Below, piece by piece: positions 38,319 through 52,670 of a stretch of 64,000 nucleotides of DNA (position 1 is its first letter; the number at the start of each line of letters is the position of its first letter). A program made the position numbers and the translations under genes. Below the pieces are notes generated by a model. It made no database searches. It saw only the letters and a program-made list of their open reading frames with translations, and was not told the DNA's origin. Source of the DNA: Ylistrum balloti (Eukaryota); assembly GCF_031769215.1 (NCBI RefSeq), contig NW_026782182.1, positions 62,001-126,000 of the forward strand, written 5' to 3'.

Positions 38319-39683
38319 CCAGAGAAAAATGCCACATCAAATATAAAACCCTGTCACAAACCAGAGAAAAATGCCACATCAAATATAGAACCCTGTCACA
38401 AACCAGAGAAAAATGCCACATCAAATATAGAACCCTGTCACAAACCAGAGAAAAATGCCACATCAAATATAAAACTCTGTCACAAACCAGAGAAAAATGC
38501 CACATCAAATATAAAACCCTGTCACAAACCAGAGAAAAATGCCACATCAAATATATGAACCCTGTCACAAACCAGAGAAAAATGCCACATCAAATATAAA
38601 CCCTGTCGTATGTCACAAACCAGAGAAAAATGCCACATCAAATATAGAACCCTGTCACAAACCAGAGAAAAATGCCACATCAATGCCACATCAAATATAA
38701 ACCCTGTCACAAACCAGAGAAAAATGCCACATCAAATATAAAAAAAACAAACCAGAGAAAAATGCCACATCAAATATAGAACCCTGTCACAAACCAGAGA
38801 AAAATGCCACATCAAATATAAAACCCTGTCACAAACCAGAGAAAAATGTCACATCAAATATAGAACCCTGTCGTATACCAGAGAAAAATGCCACATCAAA
38901 TATAGAACCCTGTCACAAACCAGAGAAAAATGCCACATCAAATATAAAACCCTGTCACAAACCAGAGAAAAATGCCACATCAAATATAAAACCCTGTCAC
39001 AAACCAGAGAAAAATGCCACATCAAATATAAAACCCTGTCACAAACCAGAGAAAAATGCCACATCAAATATAGAACCCTGTCACAAACCAGAGAAAAATG
39101 CCACATCAAATATAAAACCCTGTCACAAACCAGAGAAAAATGCCACATCAAATATAAAACCCTGTCACAAACCAGAGAAAAATGTCACATCAAATATAAA
39201 ACCCTGTCACAAACCAGAGAAAAATGTCACATAAAATATAAAACCCTGTCACAAACCAGAGAAAAATGCCACATCAAATATAAAACCACATCAAATATAA
39301 AACCCTGTCACAAACCAGAGAAAAATGCCACATCAAATATAGAACCCTGTCACAAACCAGAGAAAAATGCCACATCAAATATAAAACCCTGTCACAAACC
39401 AGAGAAAAATGCCACATCAAATATAGAACCCTGTCACAAACCAGAGAAAAATGCCACATCAAAATATCACAAACCAGAGAAAAATGCCACATCAAATATA
39501 GAACCCTGTCACAAACCAGAGAAAAATGCCACATCAAATATAGAACCCTGTCACAAACCAGAGAAAAATGCCACATCAAATATAGAACCCTGTCACAAAC
39601 CAGAGAAAAATGCCACATCAAATATAGAACCCTGTCACAAACCAGAGAAAAATGCCACATCAAATATAGAACCCTATCATAAA
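38319..39683. repeat. 42-bp minisatellite (ccagagaaaaatgccacatcaaatatagaaccctgtcacaaa), about 32 copies
   Basis: Direct reading; a few truncated units. Confidence 0.95.
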
Positions 39684-41729
39684 CTAGAAAAAAAGAGATA
39701 TTCTTTAAATGATTCCAAAATCCTTTTCACACACTTACATCTTCAAACCGATATCGTCCAATCGAGTTCATCTCTTTTTTCATGCACAAATTTAAGTCCT
39801 TAATGACACTATTATTATGTACAACGAGTATTGCTGGTTGTCTTGGTTGTTCCTTTCCCTGTAAGTTCCAAATAAGAGTTATAGCAGGCGAGGACGGGAA
39901 TTTATATAAAAAATACACAATTTTCATTTACGAACATATTGGTACTAGTCCTAGGATGTCCATTGCGCTATCCACCGTGCTTTTATCTACATGTATTGTG
40001 TTACGCATTTGGCTTCGTTTTAGCTCTATACAGCATTCAGTTGCTGATCAATGTTATTGATGGCAACAGATTTATTTGAAATCTTGTTTTTATCCTTCAA
40101 AGCGTACGACTTTCAGTGCAATAGTCAGCTATCTCTAAGTATCTAATAATGACGTCATAATTGTTATGACGTCACGAGCAGCACACTAGAGAGATGGTCT
40201 CACTAACCAAAACATTACAGGCCTACAGTAAAATCTTGAACATAATATATTTCTTCAGTAAGTAGACATGGAATACTGTTACTGAATTATTAGTGTGTGA
40301 AGAGAAAACCCTTTTAAAGAACGGCCAGAAAACTGAAGCTATGTAAATAATTTTAGAGAAGGTTCAGGAAACCCAAACCATGTTAACAGTTTTAGAGGAT
40401 AGCCTGGAAAGCGATATACATACGTTGTGGATAAAACAGGGGTTACATCAAGTAACGGGTCATTCAGGAACACAACATACTTGGAAGGGTCAGATAGTGA
40501 AATATGTTATACCCATATATAGGGGATAACTGTTCATCATTATATATGGGAATGCTACGTGGTCGATAGTATTACAAGGACTTTGTAAATACCAACAGCA
40601 TAGGTTGGTGTATTTCCCAGCATCACCGAAACCTTAGGTCAGTGAAGGCTGGTGTGCTGCCAATATCATTAAAACCTCGGGTTAGTTGTGTTTCCATAAC
40701 ATAGATTTAGATATTGTAAATCACAGGGACTTGGTGCGAATTTCAGATAAGTAAAGAAAAAATGTGGTCGGTTTAGTTCGAAATTCAGTATAATGACATA
40801 ACTGACTTCCGCAGATTTTTCACAAGTACGCGGATACGAGAAAAACATTGTAATGTTCTGTAATTAGTCTGTTGTTAATTAAATACTGCTTCAACCCACG
40901 GATCAGCTGCTACAAGGAAAGTCTGTGGGAAGGGTAGTCTCGAATGACAACAATTCCAAAACATTATTTCTGTCAATCTGAAATTTACAACTCTACATGT
41001 CGATTGCAGTCATCTAAATTGACCATCAAAACTGAAATGTAGATGACATAGAGGTACTAGGAACAACAGCGTCGTCAGCAATAGGGAAGATCTAGTAGCA
41101 TCAAGCAAATCTAATACCATGTACAGAAAGTCCGGGTGTAAATAATTAAAAGCATATCGCACAATAAAACGCACACCAGCATATCGTTATTTAGTCAATT
41201 ATCCGTGCTTCAAAGAAACCATAAAGTAGATATATAACACAGTTTTACCGAGTGAATAATTTATATTCTGTACCAAGAACAGGTTACAGACATTCGTACG
41301 GAATCGATTACTAAAACGTCCTATCGGAGACGAATAGGGAGGGGGATTGAGGGGAGGGGTCGTTCTTGAATCCTTGAATGGAAACTCGTTGGACCAGACA
41401 CTTGTACATGTTTATTAATTAATATGGTTGATCGACGGCATTTTGCAACATTTTTCTCCTTTTTTAGCGACACAATCGTTTCATCTGATATAGCTTAAAG
41501 AAGGTGTGGTTTGAACGTCCTTAATAATGTAAAACACGGATTTTACTGTAAATTTAATCCATTGAACGAAATGGAGTAAAGCGCAAAGCCTAAAATTCTG
41601 CTTTAAATTCGTTAAGAGGTAGAATACATTGTCTAGTTAATCTTTTAAAAGTCTCCCCACCATAGTCCAACTACTGAAAGTTCATAGTCAGACTATCTTT
41701 TAAAATAAGTTTTTCGATTCTGTACTTAC

Positions 41730-41791
41730 CCAGGTGTATGGAACGGATCGGGGGTCATAAGTATACTTTTTCCATTTGGTGGTAACGGCAT
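41730..41791 (-). CDS. FAM166B: CIMIP2/FAM166-family protein, exon 1 (MPLPPNGKSILMTPDPFHTPG)
   Basis: AAAATG start; donor GG|GTAAGT (phase 2) joins exon 2 to give TPDPFHTPGYGGFCPQ, the family's N-terminal pattern. Missed by the ORF track. The A versus B paralog assignment is uncertain. Confidence 0.8.
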
Positions 41792-41912
41792 TTTGCTCTT
41801 GTGCCTTGAAAATCCACAACTGTTCGTTGATAATGAAGAGAGTCGATCGGGTACACAGTTAATTTCCTCCAAGAGAAAGTTCCACGTTCGATATCAGGCC
41901 GATCTTCTTAGC

Positions 41913-41922
41913 GTAGCTATGG
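41913..41922. promoter_or_regulatory. Possible partial RFX X-box (GTAGCTATGG) upstream of the ciliary gene
   Basis: Matches only the left half of GTTGCCATGGCAAC; a GGCAAC half-site lies at 42223-42228. Ciliary genes are commonly RFX targets. Confidence 0.2.
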
Positions 41923-43913
41923 AGCAGGTCTATTACGTCATACTATTGTTGTCGCAGGGGTGTGCGGGATACGTATTATTTGACCCCGTGACCTCTCCAG
42001 TTGACGGACGTTTAGTTTTACGAAATCGACATTAACACAACTTGAAATTGACATATGTCAGGAAGATAAAAACAAATGAATGAGTGGAATTCGATAAAAT
42101 AGTATACACAGCAGGGAAAATCAATAGGGAAAATAAGCTAAGTAGTACCACCAACCTCTGCTGTGAACTTCATACAGGTAAAAAATAATGGACGAAGTAT
42201 GTATTTCACAGGTAGATAACGTGGCAACGGTGTGTGTCAAAAGGAATGAAATTAGATACCAAGTCTTTATATAAATATATGTTATATTGTATATACATTA
42301 ACGGGGCATTGTAATTTAAATACTATCATTCATGTAAATTGAATTATATACGCGATTTGACCCCAACGTAGTCATATGTGACATTTTGAGATCCAAATTC
42401 AAAAACGTTGAAACTGAATATTCTAATTAAACATTGATAGTATGTAGCTTTACGAAGAAGATATTATATTGGACGAGATTTGTTCATGGACGCCGATCAA
42501 GGTTGAAAGATGACACCCAAATCGACGGCAATCAATCAAAAGAATTATTTTGTATACAAGTTGTTCATCTGTACACATGTGTATATGTCCGACTTAAACT
42601 AAAAACATATTTAATTTTAATGTGTCATTTATCAAGTCTGTAGTTATGTGTATTTAATTATCAATAGTTTAAAACGCCAACTTGTGTTTTGTAACTTCAC
42701 TGAAATAAACATGTGGACCTCGTGCAGAAATAATTTCAAAATATATTGATTTATATGTTATTTATCAAGTGTAACGCTTGGTATCATGGTATAAATAATC
42801 ACCAATGTTATTGTCTATCTTATCAATGTACAAAATAAAAGTGACACGAAATTTCGTGTATTTACAGAGTGTCTATAGTTTATTTTACAAACTGAGAATG
42901 TTGTTGTTAAAAAACTGCACGATTTTTACAAGAATATTAAACGTTAAACAATTGTACATTTTAAGGCTTGTTAACAATGCTCGTGATCGATTTCAGTATA
43001 TAGGCATTCTCTACCCTGGTTTATGAATGGTTTCACCCGTCCTGGAATATACATTTTGAAACATTTGCTATGTTTTAACATACAAATCCATTTGCTGTAA
43101 TCGGATTATTTTCAGACCATTGTTCTGATTGATTTAACATTCTTTACACGCCTTGTTAGCCTTGAGACGAACTTTAAATTTAATTTTAAACACATCTTTG
43201 ATGTTTATTCACTCGATATAACTTATTGAAAATCGTCGAGAAACGTTAAACAAAACCGACTATGATGAACTCCATTCTCGCATTTTTCCATATCATTTAA
43301 AAGTACACCAAACTAAACGATATTGCTTGCGGTAAAACGACAGAGGGCGATTTTTTTCTCGTGCTACAAAACACATCCCCGTAACATTATGGAGTTTCTG
43401 AAGGAATGATACCTTGTTTCTGTTTGGTGTCCTTTAAGTTTTTTACAACTACCCGTCAAGTCACGGAATTACAAGGACGTGTTTTGTGTAGGTACATATG
43501 TGATCGATAGATATTGATTGTAAACTAGAAAAGTTACTTCCCTTGTCGACCAGATCCTTTGCCATTGTCTACTCGACCAGAGATTTTTTTCGTCCACAAT
43601 GAATCAGTTGATATGCAGCATTTGCGGCATCAAAGTCCGGGTCAGACGTAGTCATGAAAATTTTACTGTATGTTTTTACTGTCAATGTCGAAAAATCTAC
43701 ATTTCTGCTGCTGTACAACATTGTAACTTCCATTCACTCTTTTATCATTCAGTTTTGTACGTTGTACATGGTGTAATCAGTTATCCATACTGCTTTAGCA
43801 GTATACTCGTTTTATATTCTTGTAGATCTACCGTATGTCTAGTTGTTCATACTGAACATAACAAAGAACAATTTGACATATATATATATCACGACTTAAT
43901 CATCAATTCCCAA

Positions 43914-44985
43914 ATATGTCCACTCCATATCCACATCTTGTCCGTTCCTTACCCTAATATGTCCACTCCATACTCATAGCGTGTCCACTCCATATCCACA
44001 TCGTGTCCGTTCCTTACCCTAATATGTCCACTCCATACTCATAGCGTGTCCACTCCACATCCACATCGTGTCCGTTCCTTACCCTAATATGTCCACTCCA
44101 TACTCATAGCGTGTCCACTCCATATCCACATCGTGTCCGTTCCTTACCCTAATATGTCCACTCCATACTCATAGCGTGTCCACTCCATATCCACATCGTG
44201 TCCGTTCCTTACCCTAATATGTCCACTCCATACTCATAGCGTGTCCACTCCATATCCACATAGTGTCCGTTCCTTACCCTAATATGTCCACTCCATACTC
44301 ATAGCGTGTCCACTCCACATCCACATCGTGTCCGTTCCTTACCCTAATATGTCCACTCCATACTCATAACGTGTCCACTCCACATCCACATCGTGTCCGT
44401 TCCTTACCCTAATATGTCCACTCCATACTCATAGCGTGTCCACTCCACATCCACATCGTGTCCGTTCCTTACCCTAATATGTCCACTCCATACTCATAGC
44501 GTGTCCACTCCACATCCACATCGTGTCCGTTCCTTACCCTAATATGTCCACTCCATACTCATAGCGTGTCCACTCCACATCCACATCGTGTCCATTCCTT
44601 ACCCTAATATGTCCACTCCATACTCATAGCGTGTCCACTCCACATCCACATCGTGTCCGTTCCTTACCCTAATATGTCCACTCCATACTCATAGCGTGTC
44701 CACTCCACATCCACATCGTGTCCGTTCCTTACCCTAATATGTCCACTCCATACTCATAGCGTGTCCACTCCACATCCACATCGTGTCCATTCCTTACCCT
44801 AATATGTCCACTCCATACTCATAGCGTGTCCACTCCACATCCACATCGTGTCCATTCCTTACCCTAATATGTCCACTCCATACTCATAGCGTGTCCACTC
44901 CACATCCACATCGTGTCCGTTCCTTACCCTAATATGTCCACTCCATACTCATAGCGTGTCCACTCCACATCCACATCGTCTCCAT
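43914..44985. repeat. 65-bp minisatellite built from internal tgtccactcca subrepeats, about 16 copies
   Basis: Period 65 (44024, 44089, ...). Confidence 0.95.
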
Positions 44986-46607
44986 TAATACGGATTAAAC
45001 AAATTAGAGTAGTTTCTTTATCATGCCATTACAGTAGAGATGTTGTGACACTTCAGATTAATTGATCTTGAGTGTTAATATTGCCTTATAAAACTACAGT
45101 AAAACGATATAATTCCAATGCATATAACTACATGAAATCATAAAAGGTGATTTTACAACTCGGTGATATCTGAGTGTGATATAACCGATTCAAGTTTCAT
45201 ACAATGCATGTGTCGACCAGAGGTTGTTGAAACTATCAAGTCGTCAAGTGAATTTTCTAGGATGTTTACTCTAACTTATCGATGTTTTACTCTTTGCCGA
45301 TGATGACACTGAAACAGTTTGCACGGTTTAGGTATTTTTGTGTTGCTAACGCTAATTCGATATGAACTTCAAGGCCATGTGAACAAAGATCGGAACACAT
45401 TAACTATCAAATTACATCTGTCTTTGATAACATAAGATATATAGTGACAGGGCTTCAGAAAAAACACCAATACACATGACTGTATGATATCTTATAGTTT
45501 ATCATAAACTCTATAATTCCTGATTCTTGTATATATATAATATACTGAGTCGTTCGATGACTGGAAATACAGACGAGTTATCGCCCTTATATCAGGACAG
45601 TGCAGAGGTGATGGAAAGGGTGTTGTTATTTATCATTATATATGACCGAAATGGTCAAATGTCTAAAAATTAATTAAAATAGCTGACAGGTCGGAACTAT
45701 TTTGCACTTGGTATGTTAAAGGATTACAGTGTTGTGTGTGTGTGGTGGTAGGGGTGCACGGGGATATGGGCTAATAATGTATGGTAAGACAATTAACAAT
45801 CTAATCTAGTTCTAAATCTACTGATTAAAAAAAAGTTAATTGAAATAAAACTTTTGGTGATTTCATTAAAGATTACTAATGTCGAGAGTGTCATTCATTT
45901 TTTCGGCTTTTTTTTTTTTTTTTTTTGTCATTATTTGAATTTAAACTTGCATATTAGTAATGGAACCCTATATTGAATAAATCCAGACACTCTCCGACAT
46001 GAAACCAGTTGAATACAAAAAAGTCGACGTTATTGAAATAAAATATTTATAGAACGAGTTTATCTAAGGGCTAAATAAGAAATACAAAAAACCGGCAGCC
46101 TTGTCGACAATCTTTACATATAAAAAAGTATATCTTCAAGCAGATATCAAAAATTAAAACAAACCATATTCTTACCTGTTCAAGACGAGCAGGTTTCGGT
46201 CAATGTGCAATAATTATAATCTTACCGAATGTTTTAACACTTGGGTTGACAGACGCAGACTCTGTCCACCGTGCGGAATCTTTATGTAATAGACTTTGGA
46301 CATGGCTATAAAGAACTACCTAATCAAAGTGTATTACACACGTGTGTATATGAGACTTGAGATATGTTGAAGGTGTAGTATGTGTCACATATACAATGTA
46401 TAACATTGGCGACAAGTATAACATATTTGATAAATTGAGAGTGTGAAAAACTTCCTATATAACTAAGTGTGTATCAGACTTCCTGTGTGACTAATTTTGT
46501 GTGACCGAGTGTGTGACTGAGCTTGTTTTTATTGTGTATCACATACTTTGTGTGTGTGACACTAACTACTGATGGCAAACTTCATCTGTTTGACAATTTA
46601 AGTAAGT

Positions 46608-49070
46608 ATGACAGACTTAATGTGCGTGACAGGTTTAACGCTTGTGACAGACTAAGTGTATGTGACAGATTTAACGCTTGTGACATACTTAATGTATGTG
46701 ACAGATTTAACGCTTGTGACAGACTAAGTGTATGTGACAGATTTAACGCTTGTGACATACTTAATGTATGTGACAGATTTAACGCTTGTGACAGACTAAG
46801 TGTGTATGACAGGTTTAACGCTTGTGACATACTTAATGTATGTGACAGATTTAACGCTTGTGACATACTTAATGTATGTGACAGATTTAACGCTTGTGAC
46901 ATACTTAATGTATGTGACAGATTTAACGCTTGTGACAGACTTAATGTATGTGACAGATTTAACGCTTGTGACATACTTAATGTATGTGACAGATTTAACG
47001 CTTGTGACATACTTAATGTATGTGACAGATTTAACGCTTGTGACATACTTAATGTATGTGACAGATTTAACGCTTGTGACATACTTAATGTATGTGACAG
47101 ATTTAACGCTTGTGACATACTTAATGTATGTGACAGATTTAACGCTTGTGACAGACTAAGTGTATGTGACAGATTTAACGCTTGTGACATACTTAATGTA
47201 TGTGACAGATTTAACGCTTGTGACAGACTTAATGTGCGTGACAGATTTAACGCTTGTGACAGACTTAATGTGCGTGACAGATTTAACGCTTGTGACAGAC
47301 TAAGTGTATGTGACAGATTTAACGCTTGTGACATACTTAATGTATGTGACAGATTTAACGCTTGTGACAGACTAAGTGTGTGTGACAGGTTTAACGCTTG
47401 TGACAGACTAAGTGTGTGTGACAGATTTAACGCTTGTGACAGACTTAATGTGCGTGACAGATTTAACGCTTGTGACATACTTAATGTATGTGACAGATTT
47501 AACGCTTGTGACAGACTAAGTGTATGTGACAGATTTAACGCTTGTGACATACTTAATGTATGTGACAGATTTAACGCTTGTGACAGACTAAGTGTGTATG
47601 ACAGGTTTAACGCTTGTGACATACTTAATGTATGTGACAGATTTAACGCTTGTGACATACTTAATGTATGTGACAGATTTAACGCTTGTGACAGACTTAA
47701 TGTATGTGACAGATTTAACGCTTGTGACAGACTAAGTGTGTATGACAGGTTTAACGCTTGTGACAGACTTAATGTATGTGACAGATTTAACGCTTGTGAC
47801 AGACTAAGTGTGTATGACAGGTTTAACGCTTGTGACAGACTTAATGTATGTGACAGATTTAACGCTTGTGACATACTTAATGTATGTGACAGATTTAACG
47901 CTTGTGACATACTTAATGTATCTGACAGATTTAACGCTTGTGACAGACTAAGTGTGTATGACAGGTTTAACGCTTGTGACAGACTTAATGTATGTGACAG
48001 ATTTAACGCTTGTGACATACTTAATGTATGTGACAGATTTAACGCTTGTGACATACTTAATGTATGTGACAGATTTAACGCTTGTGACATACTTAATGTA
48101 TCTGACAGATTTAACGCTTGTGACAGACTAAGTGTGTATGACAGATTTAACGCTTGTGACATACTTAATGTATGTGACAGATTTAACGCTTGTGACATAC
48201 TTAATGTATGTGACAGATTTAACGCTTGTGACATACTTAATGTATGTGACAGATTTAACGCTTGTGACATACTTAATGTATGTGACAGATTTAACGCTTG
48301 TGACATACTTAATGTATGTGACAGATTTAACGCTTGTGACAGACTTAATGTATGTGACAGATTTAACGCTTGTGACATACTTAATGTATGTGACAGATTT
48401 AACGCTTGTGACATACTTAATGTATCTGACAGATTTAACGCTTGTGACAGACTAAGTGTGTATGACAGATTTAACGCTTGTGACATACTTAATGTATGTG
48501 ACAGATTTAACGCTTGTGACATACTTAATGTATGTGACAGATTTAACGCTTGTGACATACTTAATGTATGTGACAGATTTAACGCTTGTGACATACTTAA
48601 TGTATGTGACAGATTTAACGCTTGTGACATACTTAATGTATGTGACAGATTTAACGCTTGTGACATACTTAATGTTTGTGACAGATTTAACGCTTGTGAC
48701 ATACTTAATGTATGTGACAGATTTAACGCTTGTGACATACTTAATGTATGTGACAGATTTAACGCTTGTGACATACTTAAGTGTATGTATGTGACAGATT
48801 TAACGCTTGTGACAGACTAAGTGTATGTGACAGATTTAACGCTTGTGACATACTTAATGTATCTGACAGATTTAACGCTTGTGACAGACTAAGTGTGTAT
48901 GACAGGTTTAACGCTTGTGACAGACTAAGTGTGTATGACAGGTTTAACGCTTGTGACAGACTAAGTGTGTGTGACAGACTTAGTGTGTGTGACAGACTTA
49001 ATGTGCGTGACAGGTTTAACGCTAGTGACAGACTAAGTGTGTGTGACAGACAATGTGCGTGACAGAATAA
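46608..49070. repeat. 36-bp minisatellite made of two 18-bp halves (gacagatttaacgcttgt + gacatacttaatgtatgt), about 68 copies
   Basis: Direct reading; source of the 765-aa and 730-aa ORFs. Confidence 0.95.
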
Positions 49071-49799
49071 ATGGAATTTTTAGTGTGTTAAATGTGCTAC
49101 AGATTGAGTTGGTGACCGATTGTTTGACAACAGTGTTACAGATATACAGAACGATCTATCTAACGATCAATCTCTGCAGAACACACGTTAGAAAATCATG
49201 ATAGGTACTGATACTATGGTGTGAATTGTCCGGAAGCAAAATGACGTAGCGCTATTTAATTCATCTAGCATAATTAATATCAAATCATTACAGATCAATA
49301 TCTTTTATTTGAGGCTGTCTGACACTTGGAATTAAAATCCGTGAAGCATGAGTTAATTAATGATAGTGTGCGAGCCAAGGTTTCGTGTTAGAGCCTAATT
49401 TGTGTTTATTAGGTGTTAAGTCACTGTCTGATGATGTCATACTGCAACATACAATGTGTATTGCTGAATGGATAGAATTTGTCTGATTGCTCGATATCAT
49501 CGAGAACACGTGTGCTTACCAATTAAAAGAAATAGATTTCTTCTTTTCTTTCTTTCTTTTTCTCGACACTTAGAGGGACGTTGATCAGCATGTGTTGCTT
49601 GCCTCGCAGATAAACAATGTGTGACTTCATAATTCAGTGTTATCTTCATAGATAATGTGTAACTCTTAATACAAATTACATTTGTATTATCATAATTGTG
49701 AGGCCTTATAGTTTGTAGAAAAAACCAAGAGAGGAACACAAAACGTGTATGACAAGTGGAATGCGACCCTACACTGGATCAAGGGCAGGATGGAATCTT

Positions 49800-50521
49800 C
49801 TGAAAGACTGGCATCTGTGGACGAAGTATGACTCCTGTGGAAGGAGTCGAAAGATGGCAACTGTAAACTGAACCGAATGATGACTTCTGGGGGCTGGACC
49901 AATACGCACCAAGAGATGGCTTCTCTGGACTGAACCGAATGATTGCTGCTGTGGACTGGATCAAAGGATGCGCTTCTGTAGACTGGAGCAAAGTATGGCT
50001 TCTGTGGACTGGAGCAAAGGATGGCTTCTGTAGACTGGAGCAAAGGATGGCATTTGTAGACTGGAGCAAAGGATGGCTTCTGTGGACTGGACCAAAATGC
50101 ACCAAAAGATGATTTTTGAGGGCTGGACAAAGGATGACTTCTCTAGACAAGACCAAATGATGGTTTATGTGGGCTTGATAAAACATTGGCTTCTGTGGAT
50201 TGGACCAAACATTGGCTTCTGTGCGATGGACCAAAAAGGACCAGAGAAGGGCTTCTGTTGGCTAGACCAAAACACACCAAAGGATGGCTTCTGTGGACTG
50301 GACCAAACATTGGCTGCTGTGGATTGGACAAAACATTGGCTTCTGTGCGATGGACCAAAAAGGACCAGAGAAGGGCTTCTGTTGGCTAGACCAAAACACA
50401 CCAAAGGATGGCTTCTGTAGACTGGACCAAACATTGGCTTCTGTGGGATGGACCAAAAAGAACCAGAGAAGGGCTTCTGTTGGCTAGACTAAAACACACC
50501 AAAGGATGGCTTCTGTGGACT
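49800..50521. repeat. Degenerate ggcttctgtggactggaccaaa repeat with a ~122-bp higher-order unit x3
   Basis: Recurring core motif; the block cattggcttctgtgcgatggaccaaaaaggaccagagaagggc repeats near 50211, 50335 and 50433. Confidence 0.8.
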
Positions 50522-50777
50522 CTTGTCCTGTTCATCTCTCTGAATACCGGTGTAATATTAATACGATCAGAACCAATGAACATATCAACCAATTGCACAT
50601 AGTTACATGTTTTTATTACTCATCTCTATCCATTGAACTAACACAAACTGAATTATATAATGATCAAAATAAATCGATTATATTATGGGTAAGTGAACAT
50701 ACCCATCTAATTTTAAAATTGCCAACTTTGACTTCCTTCATTTATCTCCTTGGTGTCACGTTTTCCGTGGAATCACT

Positions 50778-52670
50778 GATTGTATATTTGTATTGTCTAC
50801 TGTAACAGATTGTATTGTCTACTGTAACTGATTGTATTGTCTACTGTAACTGATTGTATTGTCTACTGTAACTGATTGTATTGTCTACTGTAACTGATTG
50901 TATTGTCTACTGTAACAGATTGTATTGTCTACTGTAACTGATTGTATTGTCTACTGTAACTGATTGTATTGTCTACTGTAACTGATTGTATTGTCTACTG
51001 TAACTGATTGTATTGTCTACTGTAACTGGTTGTATATTTGTATTGTCTACTGTAACTGATTGTATTGTCTATGTAACTGATTGTATTGTCTACTGTAACT
51101 GATTGTATTGTCTATTGTCTACTGTAACTTATTGTATTGTCTACTGTAACTGATTGTATTGTCTACTGTAACTGATTGTATTGTCTACTGTAACAGATTG
51201 TATTGTCTACTGTAACTGATTGTATTGTCTACTGTAACTGATTGTATTGTCTACTGTAACTGATTGTATTGTCTACTGTAACTGATTGTATTGTCTACTG
51301 TAACTGATTGTATTGTCTACTGTAACTGGTTGTATTGTCTACTGTAACTGATTGTATTGTCTACTGTAACTGGTTGTATATTTGTATTGTCTACTGTAAC
51401 TGATTGTATTGTCTACTGTAACAGATTGTATTGTCTACTGTAACTGATTGTATTGTCTACTGTAACTGATTGTATTGTCTACTGTAACTGGTTGTATATT
51501 TGTATTGTCTACTGTAACTGATTGTATTGTCTACTGTAACTGATTGTATTGTCTACTGTAACTGGTTGTATATTTGTATTGTCTACTGTAACTGATTGTA
51601 TTGTCTACTGTAACAGATTGTATTGTCTACTGTAACTGATTGTATTGTCTACTGTAACTGATTGTATTGTCTACTGTAACTGATTGTATTGTCTACTGTA
51701 ACTGATTGTATTGTCTACTGTAACTGATTGTATTGTCTACTGTAACTGATTGTATTGTCTACTGTAACTGATTGTATATTTGTATTGTCTACTGTAACTG
51801 ATTGTATTGTCTACTGTAACTGGTTGTATTGTCTACTGTAATTGATTGTATTGTCTACTGTAACTGATTGTATTGTCTACTGTAACTGATTGTATTGTCT
51901 ACTGTAACAGATTGTATTGTCTACTGTAACTGATTGTATTGTCTACTGTAACTGATTGTATTGTCTACTGTAACTGGTTGTATATTTGTATTGTCTACTG
52001 TAACTGATTGTATTGTCTACTGTAACTGATTGTATTGTCTACTGTAACTGATTGTATTGTCTACTGTAACTGATTGTATTGTCTACTGTAACTGATTGTA
52101 TTGTCTACTGTAACTGGTTGTATATTTGTATTGTCTACTGTAACTGATTGTATTGTCTACTGTAACTGGTTGTATTGTCTGCTGTAACTGATTGTATTTC
52201 TAATGTAACTGATTGTATTGTCTACTGTAACTGATTGTATTGTCTACTGTAACTGGTTGTATATTTGTATTGTCTACTGTAACTGATTGTATTGTCTACT
52301 GAAACTGATTGTATTGTCTACTGTAACTGATTGTATTGTCTACTGTAACTGGTTGTATATTTGTATTGTCTACTGTAACTGATTGTATTGTCTACTGTAA
52401 CTGGTTGTATATTTGTATTGTCTACTGTAACTGATTGTATTGTCTACTGTAACTGGTTGTATTGTCTACTGTAACTGATTGTATTGTCTACTGTAACTGA
52501 TTGTATTGTCTACTGAAACTGATTGTATTGTCTACTGTAACTGATTGTATTGTCTACTGTAACTGATTGTATTGTCTACTGTAACTGATTGTATTGTCTA
52601 CTGTAACTGATTGTATTGTCTGCTGTAACTGATTGTATTTCTAATGTAACAGATGGTATATTTGTATTGA
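50778..52670. repeat. 22-bp minisatellite (tgattgtattgtctactgtaac), about 80 copies, with interspersed longer variants
   Basis: Period 22 (50829, 50851, ...); variant tggttgtatatttgtattg recurs. Confidence 0.95.

Noticed and set aside
38242-39663. Repetitive ORFs in the 42-bp array
   Set aside because: Repeat artefacts, broken by indel-bearing units.
46523-48820. 765-aa Cys-rich plus ORF and 730-aa minus ORF
   Set aside because: Both come from the 36-bp array. Openness on both strands is a property of the unit, and there is no flanking unique coding sequence.
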